Positions 30,927 through 41,004 of a stretch of DNA of 64,000 nt are shown here, one piece after another. Under the pieces are notes generated by a model. It was given only the letters and a program-made list of their open reading frames with translations. It was not told the DNA's origin and searched no databases. The position numbers and the translations under genes were made by a program. The stretch comes from Thermoanaerobaculia bacterium (GTDB taxonomy: Bacteria; Acidobacteriota; Thermoanaerobaculia; UBA5066). Where the stretch lies: contig CAWFJJ010000028.1 in NCBI GenBank assembly GCA_963816185.1, forward strand, positions 64,001 through 128,000. Reading direction: 5' to 3'. Within the stretch, counting starts at the first letter, position 1. Every line of letters begins with the position of its first letter.

Positions 30927-32179
30927 GCAAATCCGCATTCGTCGTTCATGGAGCCCGGACGCCTTTCGCGCGCGCCGGCACGGACTTCACCGGCGTCTCC
31001 GCCGTCGACCTCGGCCGCACGGCCGCCGTCGAGGCGATGGCCCGCGCGGGTATCGAGCCCGCCGCGATCGATCAGGCCATCTTCGGAAATATCGCGACGC
31101 CCAGCGACGCGGCGAACATCGCGCGGATCATCGCGCTCCGCGCCGGCGTCCCGAAGGAAAGGCCAGCGCACTCGGTCTCGCGCAACTGCGCCTCCGGGAT
31201 CGAATCGGTCGTGGAGGCCGCGCGCCTCATCGCGACGGGCGAAGCGGACGTCGTTCTCGCGGGCGGCGTCGAGAACATGACGCAGATCCCGTTTCTCTAC
31301 CGCGACGGCGTCAAGGAGGTCTTCGCGAAGGCCGGAATGTCCAAGACCGCCGGCCAGAGGGTGTCGGCGTTCTCGAAGATGCCGTGGAAGGACCTCTTCA
31401 ACCCGGTCATCGGCCTCAAGCAGGGGCTGAAGGACCCCGTGTGCGACCTCGGCATGGGGGACACCGCCGAGATCCTCGCGAAAGAAGGCCGCCTCACGCG
31501 CGAGGCGCAGGACGCCTTCGCGCTGCGCTCGCACCACCGCGCCACGGCGGGCCGCGCGAGGCTGGCCGAGGAGATCGTCCCCGTGCCCGTCCCGCCGGAC
31601 TACGACCGCGTTCTCACGCTCGACAACGGCGTCCGCGAGAACCAGACGATGGAAGCTCTCGCGAAGCTCCGTCCTTTCTTCGACCGGAAATTCGGGAGCG
31701 TCACGGCGGGGAACTCCTCCCAGATCACGGACGGCGGCGCGGCCGTCGTGGTCGCCTCCGAGGAGTACGTGACGAAGCATTCCTTGAAGCCCCTCGGCCG
31801 TATCTCCGGCTGGGGCTTCGCGGGCCTCGAGCCTGAGCGCATGGGCCTCGGGCCCTCGCGCTCGACACCGATCGCTCTGAAGAAGGCCGGCCTCTCGATG
31901 AAGGACGTGGGCCTCGTCGAGATCAACGAGGCGTTCGCGGCCCAGGTCCTCGCGAATCTCGACGCGTTCGCGAAGTCTCCCGAGCTCGGAGAGATCGCGG
32001 ACGACATCCTCAACGTGAACGGCGGCGCGATCGCCCTCGGGCATCCGGTCGGAGCCTCGGGGACGCGCCTCATCCTGACGGTCCTTCTCGAGATGCGCCG
32101 CCGAAAGGTCGCGCACGGCCTCGCGACGCTCTGCGTCGGGGGCGGGCAGGGCGCGTCGATCCTCCTGGAGGCGGTCTGA
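30923..32179 (+). CDS. fadI: 3-ketoacyl-CoA thiolase
   Basis: RNCASG, NEAFA, GAIALGHPVGASG, LCVGGGQG. Confidence 0.92.
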   Translation: MSKSAFVVHGARTPFARAGTDFTGVSAVDLGRTAAVEAMARAGIEPAAIDQAIFGNIATPSDAANIARIIALRAGVPKERPAHSVSRNCASGIESVVEAARLIATGEADVVLAGGVENMTQIPFLYRDGVKEVFAKAGMSKTAGQRVSAFSKMPWKDLFNPVIGLKQGLKDPVCDLGMGDTAEILAKEGRLTREAQDAFALRSHHRATAGRARLAEEIVPVPVPPDYDRVLTLDNGVRENQTMEALAKLRPFFDRKFGSVTAGNSSQITDGGAAVVVASEEYVTKHSLKPLGRISGWGFAGLEPERMGLGPSRSTPIALKKAGLSMKDVGLVEINEAFAAQVLANLDAFAKSPELGEIADDILNVNGGAIALGHPVGASGTRLILTVLLEMRRRKVAHGLATLCVGGGQGASILLEAV

Positions 32180-34458
32180 TGTCCACTCTCGTCGACGAAA
32201 CCGTTCCCGCCACGGCTCCGGCCGGCTCGCTGTCACCCTTCCGGCTCACCGTCGAGCCGGATGGCCTCGCGCTCCTCGTCTTCGACACGCCGGGCGAGAA
32301 GGTGAACAAGTACTCGACCCCCGTCATGAAGGAGTTCGAGAGCGTCGTCGACGGCCTCGCCGCGCGGACGGACGTGAAAGCGCTCCTCTTTCTCTCGGCC
32401 AAGCCGGGAGTCTTCATCGCCGGCGCGGACGTGAACGAGATCGCCAAGGCCGACCAGAACGCGGATCCCGAGATGATCCGGGCCGGGCACCGGATCTTCA
32501 ACAAGCTCGCGAACCTGCCTTTTCCCACGGTCGCCGCGATCGGCGGCGCGTGCGTGGGCGGGGGCTGCGAAACCGCTCTCGCGATGGACTGGCGGCTGGC
32601 GTCCGACTCGCCCAAGACCCAGATCGGCCTCCCGGAGATCAAGCTCGGCATCCTGCCGGCGTGGGGCGGCACGACCCGTCTCCCGCGCATGATCGGCCTC
32701 GCGAACGCCCTCGACGTCATCCTTGCGGGGAAGGTCCTCGACGGCAAGCGCGCGAAGAGGATCGGCCTCGTGGACGAGGTCGTCCCGGCGACCATCCTCG
32801 AAGACTGGGCGAAGACGTTCGCCCGCGGGAAGTTCGGGACGAAGAAGCGCTCGAACGCGGGTCCGGGCGGCGCGCCGGCGCGCGTCCGCGAGCCGAAGCT
32901 CGTGGAGAAGCTCCTCGAAGGGCCCGGAAAGAGCATCGTCTTCTCGAAAGCTCGCCAGTCGGTCCTGAAGGAGACGAAGGGCCAGTACCCGGCGCCTCTC
33001 GCCGCCCTCTCCGTCATCGAGAAAGGATTCGGCGAGGATTTCAAGAAGGCGCTCGAATTCGAGGTCGAAGGCATCAGGTCTCTCATCGGCACGCCGGTCA
33101 TGCGGAGTCTCGTGGGCCTCTTCTTCCGAATGGAAGAGGTCAAGAAGGAGACGGGCGTGGAAGCGCTCGGGGCTCCGGGCGCCGGCATCAAGCCGCGGAA
33201 GATCGCGCGCATTGGCGTCCTGGGCGCGGGCGCCATGGGAGGCGGCATCGCCCAGCTCGCCGCCGACAAGGGCTACCCGACGCGCATGAAGGACATCAAG
33301 GCCGAGGCGCTGGCGCTCGGATATGCGCAGGCGGCGCGTATCTGGAAGGAGCTGCTCAAGAAGCGCCGGATGACCCGCGCCGATTTCGCGAGGAAGATGG
33401 CGCTCCTGAGCGGATCGCTCGAGTACGCGGGCTTCGAGGGCTGCGACATCACGATCGAAGCGGTGCTCGAGAAGATGGCCGTCAAGCAGGCGGTGCTGGC
33501 CGACTGGGAGCACGTCGCTCCCGCGAAGGCGATCTTCGCCTCCAACACCTCGACCCTTCCGATCACCGAGATCGCGTCGAAGGCGGCGCACCCCGAACGC
33601 GTCGTGGGGATGCACTTCTTCAACCCCGTGAACAAAATGCCTCTCGTCGAGGTCATCTACGGCGCGAAGACCGACCCCGAAGTGACGGCGACGATCTTCG
33701 ACCTCGCGAAGAAGCTGGGGAAGACGCCGGTCGTCGTCAAGGACTCGCCCGGCTTCCTCGTGAACCGCATCCTGAGCCCTTACATCGGCGAGGCGGCGCG
33801 GCTCCTGCTCGAAGGCAGCTCGATGGAGTCCGTCGATCAGGCGATGCGCGCGTTTGGAATGCCGGTGGGCCCGATCGAGCTCCTCGACGACGTCGGGATC
33901 GACGTCGCCGCCAAGGCCGGCGGGACGATGTCGGCCGCCTTCCCGGCGCGCATGCCTGCGGATCCGACTCTCGAAAAGCTCGTCGACGCGGGGCGACTCG
34001 GGCGGAAGGCGAAGAAGGGATTTTATTTCTACGAAAGGGAAAAGAGGGGCGGCCCCGATCCGGACGCATACCGCGATCTCGGACTCTCTTCACCTTCAAA
34101 GAATCCGAGTCTTTCTTCCTCCGAGATCCAGGACCGCCTGGTCCTCCCGATGATCAACGAGGCGGCCTTTTGCCTCGCGGAAGGCATCGTCGCGCGCCCC
34201 GCGAAGCTCGACCTCGCGATGATCTTCGGTACCGGCTTCCCGCCCTTCCGCGGCGGCCTGTGCGCGTACGCGGATTCCCTGCGGCGCGAAGGCGGTCGTC
34301 GAGGGCCTCGAGAAGCTCGCGCCGAGAAGGGTCCGCGCTTCACACCCGCCCCGCTTCTGGTGGAGATGGCCGAAGACCGAGAGAGAGAGATTTCTTCGAA
34401 TGTCGTGCGAGGGTCGGCAGCGCAAGACCACATTCACCTTCTAAGAAACACGCTCTGA
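32179..34458 (+). CDS. fadJ: Fatty-acid oxidation complex alpha subunit (enoyl-CoA hydratase/3-hydroxyacyl-CoA DH)
   Basis: FIAGAD, GLPEIKLG, GAGAMGGG, GMHFFNPV, GTGFPPFRGG; compensating indels near 34280-34320. Confidence 0.92.
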   Translation: MSTLVDETVPATAPAGSLSPFRLTVEPDGLALLVFDTPGEKVNKYSTPVMKEFESVVDGLAARTDVKALLFLSAKPGVFIAGADVNEIAKADQNADPEMIRAGHRIFNKLANLPFPTVAAIGGACVGGGCETALAMDWRLASDSPKTQIGLPEIKLGILPAWGGTTRLPRMIGLANALDVILAGKVLDGKRAKRIGLVDEVVPATILEDWAKTFARGKFGTKKRSNAGPGGAPARVREPKLVEKLLEGPGKSIVFSKARQSVLKETKGQYPAPLAALSVIEKGFGEDFKKALEFEVEGIRSLIGTPVMRSLVGLFFRMEEVKKETGVEALGAPGAGIKPRKIARIGVLGAGAMGGGIAQLAADKGYPTRMKDIKAEALALGYAQAARIWKELLKKRRMTRADFARKMALLSGSLEYAGFEGCDITIEAVLEKMAVKQAVLADWEHVAPAKAIFASNTSTLPITEIASKAAHPERVVGMHFFNPVNKMPLVEVIYGAKTDPEVTATIFDLAKKLGKTPVVVKDSPGFLVNRILSPYIGEAARLLLEGSSMESVDQAMRAFGMPVGPIELLDDVGIDVAAKAGGTMSAAFPARMPADPTLEKLVDAGRLGRKAKKGFYFYEREKRGGPDPDAYRDLGLSSPSKNPSLSSSEIQDRLVLPMINEAAFCLAEGIVARPAKLDLAMIFGTGFPPFRGGLCAYADSLRREGGRRGPREARAEKGPRFTPAPLLVEMAEDREREISSNVVRGSAAQDHIHLLRNTL
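34024..34120. repeat. Paired inverted motif locus G
   Basis: ATTTCTACGAAAGGGAA (core 34027) ... TTCACCTTCAAAGAAT (core 34095). Confidence 0.7.
34379..34449. repeat. Paired inverted motif locus H
   Basis: (GA)n ATTTCTTCGAATG (core 34392) ... TTCACCTTCTAAGAAA (core 34439). Confidence 0.8.
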
Positions 34459-34467
34459 GGAGCCGAA

Positions 34468-36251
34468 ATGTCCACCGTCAAGGAAGAGACCCCGTCAAGA
34501 CCGAAACCGCCGAAATCGAGTCCTTCCTGAAAGCGATGTTTCAGGGCCACATCGCGGAGGATCTCGTCTTTCCGTTCCCCGAGGTCCCGCAGGACGTGAA
34601 GGAGACCGTGGAGGCGTTTGCCGGCGCCTATGCGGAGTTCGACGCGGCCCATCTCGACTCCGAGAAGATCGACGCGGCTCACTTCTTCCCGCGCGAGGCC
34701 GTGAAGGCCATGGGCGAGCTGGGAGTCCTCGGCATGACGATTCCCGAGGAATACGGCGGCAGCGGCTTCTCGTCGGCGGCGTACTGCCGGATGACGGAGA
34801 CGATCGCGCCGCTGGATGCCTCCGCCTCCATCGTCGTCGGAGCTCACCTGTCGATCGGCTGCAAGCCGGTCGTTCTCTTCGGAAACGAGGTTCAGAAGAA
34901 GAAGTGGCTGCCGGACCTCGCGAGCGGAAAGCTGGTCGCGGCTTTCTGCCTCACGGAGCCGGAAGCCGGCTCGGACGCGGGCTCGCTCAAGACGACCGCC
35001 GTCTACGACCCCGCCACGAACGAGTACGTCCTGAACGGCACGAAGCAGTGGATCTCGAACGGAGGCTTCGCGCGCTTCTTCACCGTGTTCGCGCGCATCC
35101 CTTCCGACATCGCCGAGAAGGACAAGCACAAGGAAATCTCCTGCTTCGCGGTGGTCGCGAACGAAGACGGCTCCCTGCCCGGCCTCTCGCGCGGCCCCGA
35201 GGAGAAGAAGCTCGGCCTGTGCGCGTCGTCGACCTGCCAGGTCATCCTCGAGAACTGCCGCATCCCGGCCGCCAACCTCATCGGCGAGAAGGGCCATGGC
35301 TTCAAGATCGCCCTCGAGACCTTGAACACGGGCCGCACGTCGCTCGGCGCCGGATCCGTCGGCGGCTCGAAGATGATGCTCAAGCTCGCGGTCGACCACG
35401 CGACGCAGCGCAGGCAGTTCAAGACCCGCATCGCAGACTTCGAGATGATCCGCCACAAGATCACGCGGATGACGGCGACGACCTATGCCCTCGAGTCGAT
35501 GGTCTACCTGACCGCGAGCCTCGTCGACCGGAACGTCGGCGACTACTCGCTCGAGGGCGCCTGCTGCAAGGTGTTCGGGACCGAGGTCCTGTGGCAGAAC
35601 ATCAACGACAGCCTGCAGATCGCCGGCGGCAACGGCTTCATGAACGAGTACCCGTACGGGCGCGCGCTGCGCGACAGCCGCATCAACATGATCTTCGAGG
35701 GCACGAACGAGATCCTGCGCCTCCTCCTCGCCCTCTCGGGCATGAAGGAGCTCGGCGATTCTCTGAAAGAGGTCCAGAGCGCGCTGAGGAGCCCGCTCGC
35801 GCAGCGCGGAGTCCTCACCGAGTACGCCCACAAACGCCTCAAAGGCGTCATCACGCACGACAAGCTCACGAAGGTGCACCCGTCTCTCGCGCCGGAGGCT
35901 GATCAGGTCGGGCGGTACGCGGGCGTCTTCGCGAATGCGTGCGAGACGATCCTGAGAAAGCACGGGAAGAAGGTCGTCGACCGCGAGTACCAGCAGGAGC
36001 GTCTCGCCGACGTCCTCATCGACCTCTTCGCCCAGATCGCGACGCTCTCCCGCGTGACGGCTTCGATCGCAAAGAAGGGCGAGGAAAAGGCTGCCGGGGA
36101 GATCGAGATCGCGCGCTGGTTCTGCCAGCAGGCCAGGCACCGCATCGTCGCGAACCTCAAGGCCCTCGACAAGAACCGCGACAGGGACTGCACGTCGATC
36201 AGCGACCGGGTGTACGAGGCGGGCGGCTACCCATACGATCTCTGGGCTTAG
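34468..36251 (+). CDS. fadE: Acyl-CoA dehydrogenase (ACAD9/VLCAD-like FadE), frameshift near 34490
   Basis: GAGGAG RBS then MSTVKEETP; continues in the frame with FCLTEPEAGSD, GTKQWISNG, RDSRINMIFEGTNEI. Confidence 0.88.
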
Positions 36252-36293
36252 GACTTTCGCGCGTCGAGCGAATGCAGAGTATCGAGTGAAGTT

Positions 36294-36400
36294 GTTTTTC
36301 TTAGAATGGTAATGAGGCCCAGGGCGCGCCGCGTCGTCACCGCGGATGACGAACGGCGTGGCACGTCGCAGCGCTCTTCCTCTCCTTCATTCATAGAAAC
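36294..36400. repeat. Paired inverted motif locus I
   Basis: TTTTTCTTAGAATGGTAA (core 36298) ... CCTTCATTCATAGAAAC (core 36390). Confidence 0.65.
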
Positions 36401-37343
36401 TCTTTCGGTCCCCACTCCCTTTCCCGTCGGGCCGGTCAACGTCCATGTGATCCTGCGCGATCCCATGACGCTCATCGACAGCGGGCCGCTGACGGAGGAG
36501 GCCTGGGACGCGCTCGAAGCGGGCCTGAAGAGGTTCGGCCGCAAGGTTTCCGACGTGAAGCGCGTGCTGCTCACCCACGGCCATCAGGACCATTTCGGCC
36601 TCGCGGAGAAGGTGGCCGGCGCTTCGGGCGCGACGCTGTATGGCGGGAGGCTCGACCGTCACAATTTCCGGCAGGAGCGCAGCCACGGGCTGCTCCTCGA
36701 GGACATGGCCCGCGCGGGCTTCGGTCTCCTTCCGCGCCTCGCGGTCGTCGCCTCCGTCGCGGCCGTCGACCGCTTCGCGAAGCCGCTCGAGGTGTGGGAC
36801 GCGCTCTCGGGCGGGGAAATTCTGCCGGGCGACGGCTGGAGCGTCGTCGTGCGGTCGACGCCCGGTCATACGCCCGGCAGCCTCACGTTCGAGATCCCCG
36901 AAGCAGGCGTCCTCTTCACGGGCGACACCGTCCTCAAAGAGATCACGCCGAACGCGGTCGTCGACGAGGACCCCGAGAAGTCCGGCAGCCCTTTTCGCAG
37001 CGTCACGCGCTATTTCGAGACGCTCGACGAGCTCGGGAGGACGAGCGGGGATGCCAAGCTCCTCACCGGCCACGGCGCGCCCATCCCGGACTGGCACGCC
37101 CACAAGAGCAGGCTCGACCGGCGCTACGGCCTGCGGATCGATCAGATCGTGCGGCAGCTCGCAAAAGGCCCGGCCACTGTGCGCGATCTCGTGGCCGCGA
37201 TCTTCCCGCACGTGAAAACGCTGAACGTTTTCCTCGCCTACAGCGAGATCTTCGGCTTCCTGATGTACCTCGAGGACGCGGGGCGGGTCGAGAAGCTCGT
37301 CGAGGAGACGCGCGACCTCTACCGGCTCCTGCCCACCGCCTGA
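36306..37343 (+). CDS. MBL-fold metallo-hydrolase (start uncertain)
   Basis: VPTPFPVGPVN, THGHQDHFG, TPGHT, FTGD, GHG. Confidence 0.88.
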   Translation: MVMRPRARRVVTADDERRGTSQRSSSPSFIETLSVPTPFPVGPVNVHVILRDPMTLIDSGPLTEEAWDALEAGLKRFGRKVSDVKRVLLTHGHQDHFGLAEKVAGASGATLYGGRLDRHNFRQERSHGLLLEDMARAGFGLLPRLAVVASVAAVDRFAKPLEVWDALSGGEILPGDGWSVVVRSTPGHTPGSLTFEIPEAGVLFTGDTVLKEITPNAVVDEDPEKSGSPFRSVTRYFETLDELGRTSGDAKLLTGHGAPIPDWHAHKSRLDRRYGLRIDQIVRQLAKGPATVRDLVAAIFPHVKTLNVFLAYSEIFGFLMYLEDAGRVEKLVEETRDLYRLLPTA

Positions 37344-38053
37344 TCAGCGGCAGCGGATTTGGAGCGATGAGGCCGTGTCCTCGCCCACCTGCGTGTTGTT
37401 CAGGTTGTTGTCCCTTTCGCGGAATTCGGTGCGCCTGCCGCGGTAGTCGGGGTGTTCGTAGAGGATCGCCACGCATCCCGGAGAGACGTCGATCGAGCTC
37501 GCCATGCGGCTGCCGAATCGCGTGCGATCGAGGTCCGGGACGTCGCCATCGAAGAACTGGCTCGGGCCGCGCGCCTCGCGGTCGCGGTAGAGGACGGCGC
37601 CTCGGGGCGACTCGGGGGAGGCCCGTATTCGGGCCGCCCCGGAGACCCGGGCCGATAAGGACGATCCTCGTGCCAGTCGGGGTGGTAATGGGTTTCGGGG
37701 CCGGAATGCCGGCAGTTGACCCGCAGCGACGAGGCGGTGTCCTCGCCCACGGCGGTGTTCGAGAGGTCGTTGTCGGGAGCGCGAAACTCGGCGCGCCGGC
37801 CGCCGAAGCGGGGCTTCTCGTAGAGCACGGCGACGCAGCCGGGCGGCACGGCGATCGAGCTCGCCCTCCGGCTGCCGAACTGCGTGTACCGGAGGTCCGG
37901 CACGTCGTCGTAGAAGGTCTGGGAGGGCCCCCGCAAGGAACGATCCCGGAAGAGGGTCACACCCTGCGCCGGCGCAGGCCGGGCGCCTGCTACAGCCGCG
38001 AGAACGAGCAGGGCAGAGGACAGGGCTCGGAGGAGGGCTGTACTTTTCTCCAC
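37344..38053 (-). CDS. Secreted two-domain beta/gamma-crystallin protein, frameshift near 37610
   Basis: Signal peptide; domain 1 VTLFRD...ASSIAVPPGC.AVLYE...DTASSLRVNC; domain 2 in shifted frame AVLYRD...ASSIDVSPGC.AILYE...DTASSLQIRCR*. Confidence 0.8.
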
Positions 38054-38113
38054 TCGGGATTCCTCCGTAGTCGGTGCTTACTTTGATATCCTACGTCGCC
38101 GGAGGACCGCCAG

Positions 38114-39031
38114 ATGGCCGATGAAATGAAGGCTTCCACGCCCCTCAGTGCCGGTTCGACCGCTCCCGATTTCACGCTTCCGGCTCGCTCGGGCAAGACG
38201 ATTTCGCTGCATGACTATCGTGGTAGCAAGGACGTTTTGATCTATTTCTATCCGAAAGACGACACGCCCGGGTGCACGCGCGAATCGTGCAGCCTTCGCG
38301 ACTCCTGGAGCGAGCTGCAGGGCGCCGGGATCGAGGTCCTCGGAATCTCGCGCGACGACTCCGCGTCGCACAACGCTTTCGCCGCCAAGTACAACCTGCC
38401 GTTCGAGCTCCTGACGGATGCCGATCACGCCGTGCACGAGGCGTATGGCGCGTGGGGACAGAACCCGAATCCCGCGTGGGGAGTCGGTCCGCTGCGCAAG
38501 TCGTTCCTCGTGGGCAAGGACGGGCAAATCCGCAACGTCTTCGACAAGGTCGACACCGAGCACCACGCCGAGCAGGTGCTACGGGCCGCGGGCATCGCGG
38601 TCGCGCCGAAGCCCGCGCCGGCCCCCGCTCCTGCGCCGGCGCCGAAACCCGCCGCGCCCGCAGCCGCGGCTCCCGCCCCGTCTCCGAAACCGGCGACCCC
38701 GCCTCCCCCGAGGCCGCCTGCCCCGAAGCCGCAGCCCCCGGCGCCTGCCGCTCCGAAGCCGGCAGCTCCGGCGGCCAAGGCTGCTCCTGCAGCCAAGGCT
38801 GCTCCGAAGAAGAAAGCGGCACCCAAGAAGAAGGCCGCCGCGAAAAAGAAGACCGCGAAAAAGAAGACCGCGAAGAAGAAACCCGCGAAAAAGGCCGCTC
38901 CGAAGCGAAAAGCCGCCCGGAAATCCGCCCCGAAGAGGAAAGCGGCGAAGAAGTCCGCACCGAAAAAGAAGAAGGCCGCGAAGAAGTCTCGCAAGGCTGC
39001 GAAGAAATCGGCGAAGCGGAAGAAACGCTAA
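38114..39031 (+). CDS. bcp: BCP-type peroxiredoxin fused to a Pro/Ala linker and Lys/Ala-rich histone-H1-like tail
   Basis: APDFTL, YFYPKDDTPGCTRESC; about 150-aa tail of PAP and AAKK repeats. Confidence 0.9.
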   Translation: MADEMKASTPLSAGSTAPDFTLPARSGKTISLHDYRGSKDVLIYFYPKDDTPGCTRESCSLRDSWSELQGAGIEVLGISRDDSASHNAFAAKYNLPFELLTDADHAVHEAYGAWGQNPNPAWGVGPLRKSFLVGKDGQIRNVFDKVDTEHHAEQVLRAAGIAVAPKPAPAPAPAPAPKPAAPAAAAPAPSPKPATPPPPRPPAPKPQPPAPAAPKPAAPAAKAAPAAKAAPKKKAAPKKKAAAKKKTAKKKTAKKKPAKKAAPKRKAARKSAPKRKAAKKSAPKKKKAAKKSRKAAKKSAKRKKR

Positions 39032-39111
39032 CGCTGAAGAAGCGCTGAGCCGCGACGAGGGCAGGACGCGGCGCTCGCCGTGTCCTGCCGAGCGGATTCT
39101 GGAAAGATCAC

Positions 39112-39825
39112 ATGTCCCAACGACTCACGAAACAACAGATGAAGACCGATCAGCTTCAGCACGCGCTGACGGATGCGCGCGACTATGTCGCCACGCACCG
39201 GTCCCAGACGACGCGCTGGGCGCTGATCGCCGGCGGCGCCGTCCTCGTCGTCGGCGCCATCTGGGGCGGAATCGTTCTCAGAAACGGCCGCCTCGCCGCG
39301 CGGCTCTCTTCCGCGCTCGCGCTGTTCGACGCGCCGCTCGCGTCCGACGCAGCCACGGCGCCCGGTGCGCGCGTCTTCAAGGACGTCGCCGAGCGGACCG
39401 CCGCGGCGAAAGCGGAGCTCGCCGCGCTCGTGAAGGACGCGCCGTCTTCGCCGGCCGGCCGCGCCGCGGCGGTCATCGTGCTGTCGCTCGACGGCCCGAA
39501 AGCGGCGACGGGCGCGAACCTCGACGCGGCGAAGGCCTTCGCGAAATCCGAAAGCGGAACGGTCGCGGCCGGAGTCGCCGCGGTCGCGGCGATCGACGCC
39601 CAGGCGGCGGCGGGCCGCCCGAAGGAAGCTCTCGAGACGGCGAAGAGGTACCTCGAGGCCAGCGACTCGCCCGTCTCGAAGGACGTTCTCGTCTTCACGA
39701 TGGCGCGTCTCTACGAGCAGACGGGACAGAACGTCGAGGCGAAGAGCTTCTACCAGCGCCTCGTGACGGACTTCCCGGATTCACCCCTCCGGACCGACGC
39801 ACAGCAGAAGCTCGCAAACCTCTAA
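39112..39825 (+). CDS. YfgM-like membrane-anchored TPR protein
   Basis: RLTKQQMKTD N-terminus, one TM helix, C-terminal TPR ending FPDSP. Confidence 0.75.
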   Translation: MSQRLTKQQMKTDQLQHALTDARDYVATHRSQTTRWALIAGGAVLVVGAIWGGIVLRNGRLAARLSSALALFDAPLASDAATAPGARVFKDVAERTAAAKAELAALVKDAPSSPAGRAAAVIVLSLDGPKAATGANLDAAKAFAKSESGTVAAGVAAVAAIDAQAAAGRPKEALETAKRYLEASDSPVSKDVLVFTMARLYEQTGQNVEAKSFYQRLVTDFPDSPLRTDAQQKLANL

Positions 39826-39831
39826 CGCGCC

Positions 39832-41004
39832 GTGAAGCGTCGCGTCATCGTGATCGTCTGCGACGGCCTCGGCGTCGGGGCGGCTCCGGACGCCGCGCTG
39901 TTCGGGGACGAGGGCAAGAAGACGCTTCAGCACGTCCTCCGCGACGGCAGACCGCGTCTCCCGAACCTGACGGGCCTCGGCCTCCTGCACACGATGTACG
40001 CCGACGCGCCCGCCGGCCTGCCCGCGCCCACGGGCGCCTTCGGTCGTCTCGCCGAGGCCAGCGCCGGGAAGGACACGACGACCGGACATTGGGAGCTGAT
40101 GGGGCTGACGCTCGACGTGGCCTTTCCGCTCTATCCCGACGGCTTCCCTCCCGAGGTCGTCGAGCCCTTCGAGAGGGCGATCGAACGGAAAGTGCTGTGG
40201 AACAAGCCTGCGTCGGGGACGACGATCCTCGAGCAGTTCGGCGACGAGCACGTGAGGACCGGGCGGCCGATCCTCTATACCTCAGGCGACTCCGTGTTCC
40301 AGATCGCCGCGCACGAGGACGTCGTTCCGATCGACACGTTGTACGCGTGGTGCCGGATCGCGCGGGAGATCCTGAGGCCCCCGCACCAGGTCGGCCGCGT
40401 CATCGCCCGGCCGTTCGTGGGGTCGAACGGAAAGTACCAGCGCACGCACCGCCGCAAGGATTTCTCCGTTCCGCCGTCCGGCGAGACGCTGCTCGACCGC
40501 GCGGTCCTGCACGACCTCAAGGTGCACGCCCTCGGAAAGATCGAGGACATCTTCTCCGGGCACGGGATCTCGACGGCGGTGCACACCGTCTCGAACCGCG
40601 ACGGCATCGAGAAGACGATCTCGGCCATCCGCGACCGCCACGACGACCTCGTCTTCACGAACCTCGTCGACTTCGACACGAAATACGGACACCGCAACGA
40701 CGTCGTCGGCTACGCCAAGTGCCTCGAGGAGCTCGACTCCTTCATGCCCGAGATGGTGGGCGCTCTTCGCCCGGGCGATCTGCTCATGCTCTCCGCGGAC
40801 CACGGGGGCGACCCCTGCGACACGTCCACCGATCACACACGGGAGTACGTGCCGATGGTCGCGGCGGGGCCGGACGTGGCGGGGGGCGCCGACGTCGGCA
40901 CGCGCAGGACGTTCGCCGACCTCGGCGCGACCGCGGCCGAGCATCTCGGCGTCCCGCCTCTGGGGGGCACGAGCTTCCTCCGCGCGATCAGTCCCGCGGC
41001 CTGA
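39832..41004 (+). CDS. deoB: Phosphopentomutase
   Basis: CDGLGVG, GKDTTTGHWE, NLVDFDTKYGHRND, ADHGGDP, DHTREYVP. Confidence 0.95.
   Translation: MKRRVIVIVCDGLGVGAAPDAALFGDEGKKTLQHVLRDGRPRLPNLTGLGLLHTMYADAPAGLPAPTGAFGRLAEASAGKDTTTGHWELMGLTLDVAFPLYPDGFPPEVVEPFERAIERKVLWNKPASGTTILEQFGDEHVRTGRPILYTSGDSVFQIAAHEDVVPIDTLYAWCRIAREILRPPHQVGRVIARPFVGSNGKYQRTHRRKDFSVPPSGETLLDRAVLHDLKVHALGKIEDIFSGHGISTAVHTVSNRDGIEKTISAIRDRHDDLVFTNLVDFDTKYGHRNDVVGYAKCLEELDSFMPEMVGALRPGDLLMLSADHGGDPCDTSTDHTREYVPMVAAGPDVAGGADVGTRRTFADLGATAAEHLGVPPLGGTSFLRAISPAA

Noticed and set aside
32550-34467. 1233-aa ORF suggesting a giant acyl-CoA dehydrogenase
   Set aside because: The upstream part is an off-frame reading of fadJ; the real start with RBS is 34468.
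20352-36140. Long antisense or alternative-frame ORFs (e.g. 20352-22781, 23408-25246, 26632-28989, 34434-36140)
   Set aside because: Shadow frames of well-supported high-GC genes; Arg/Pro-rich or mirror composition with no motifs.
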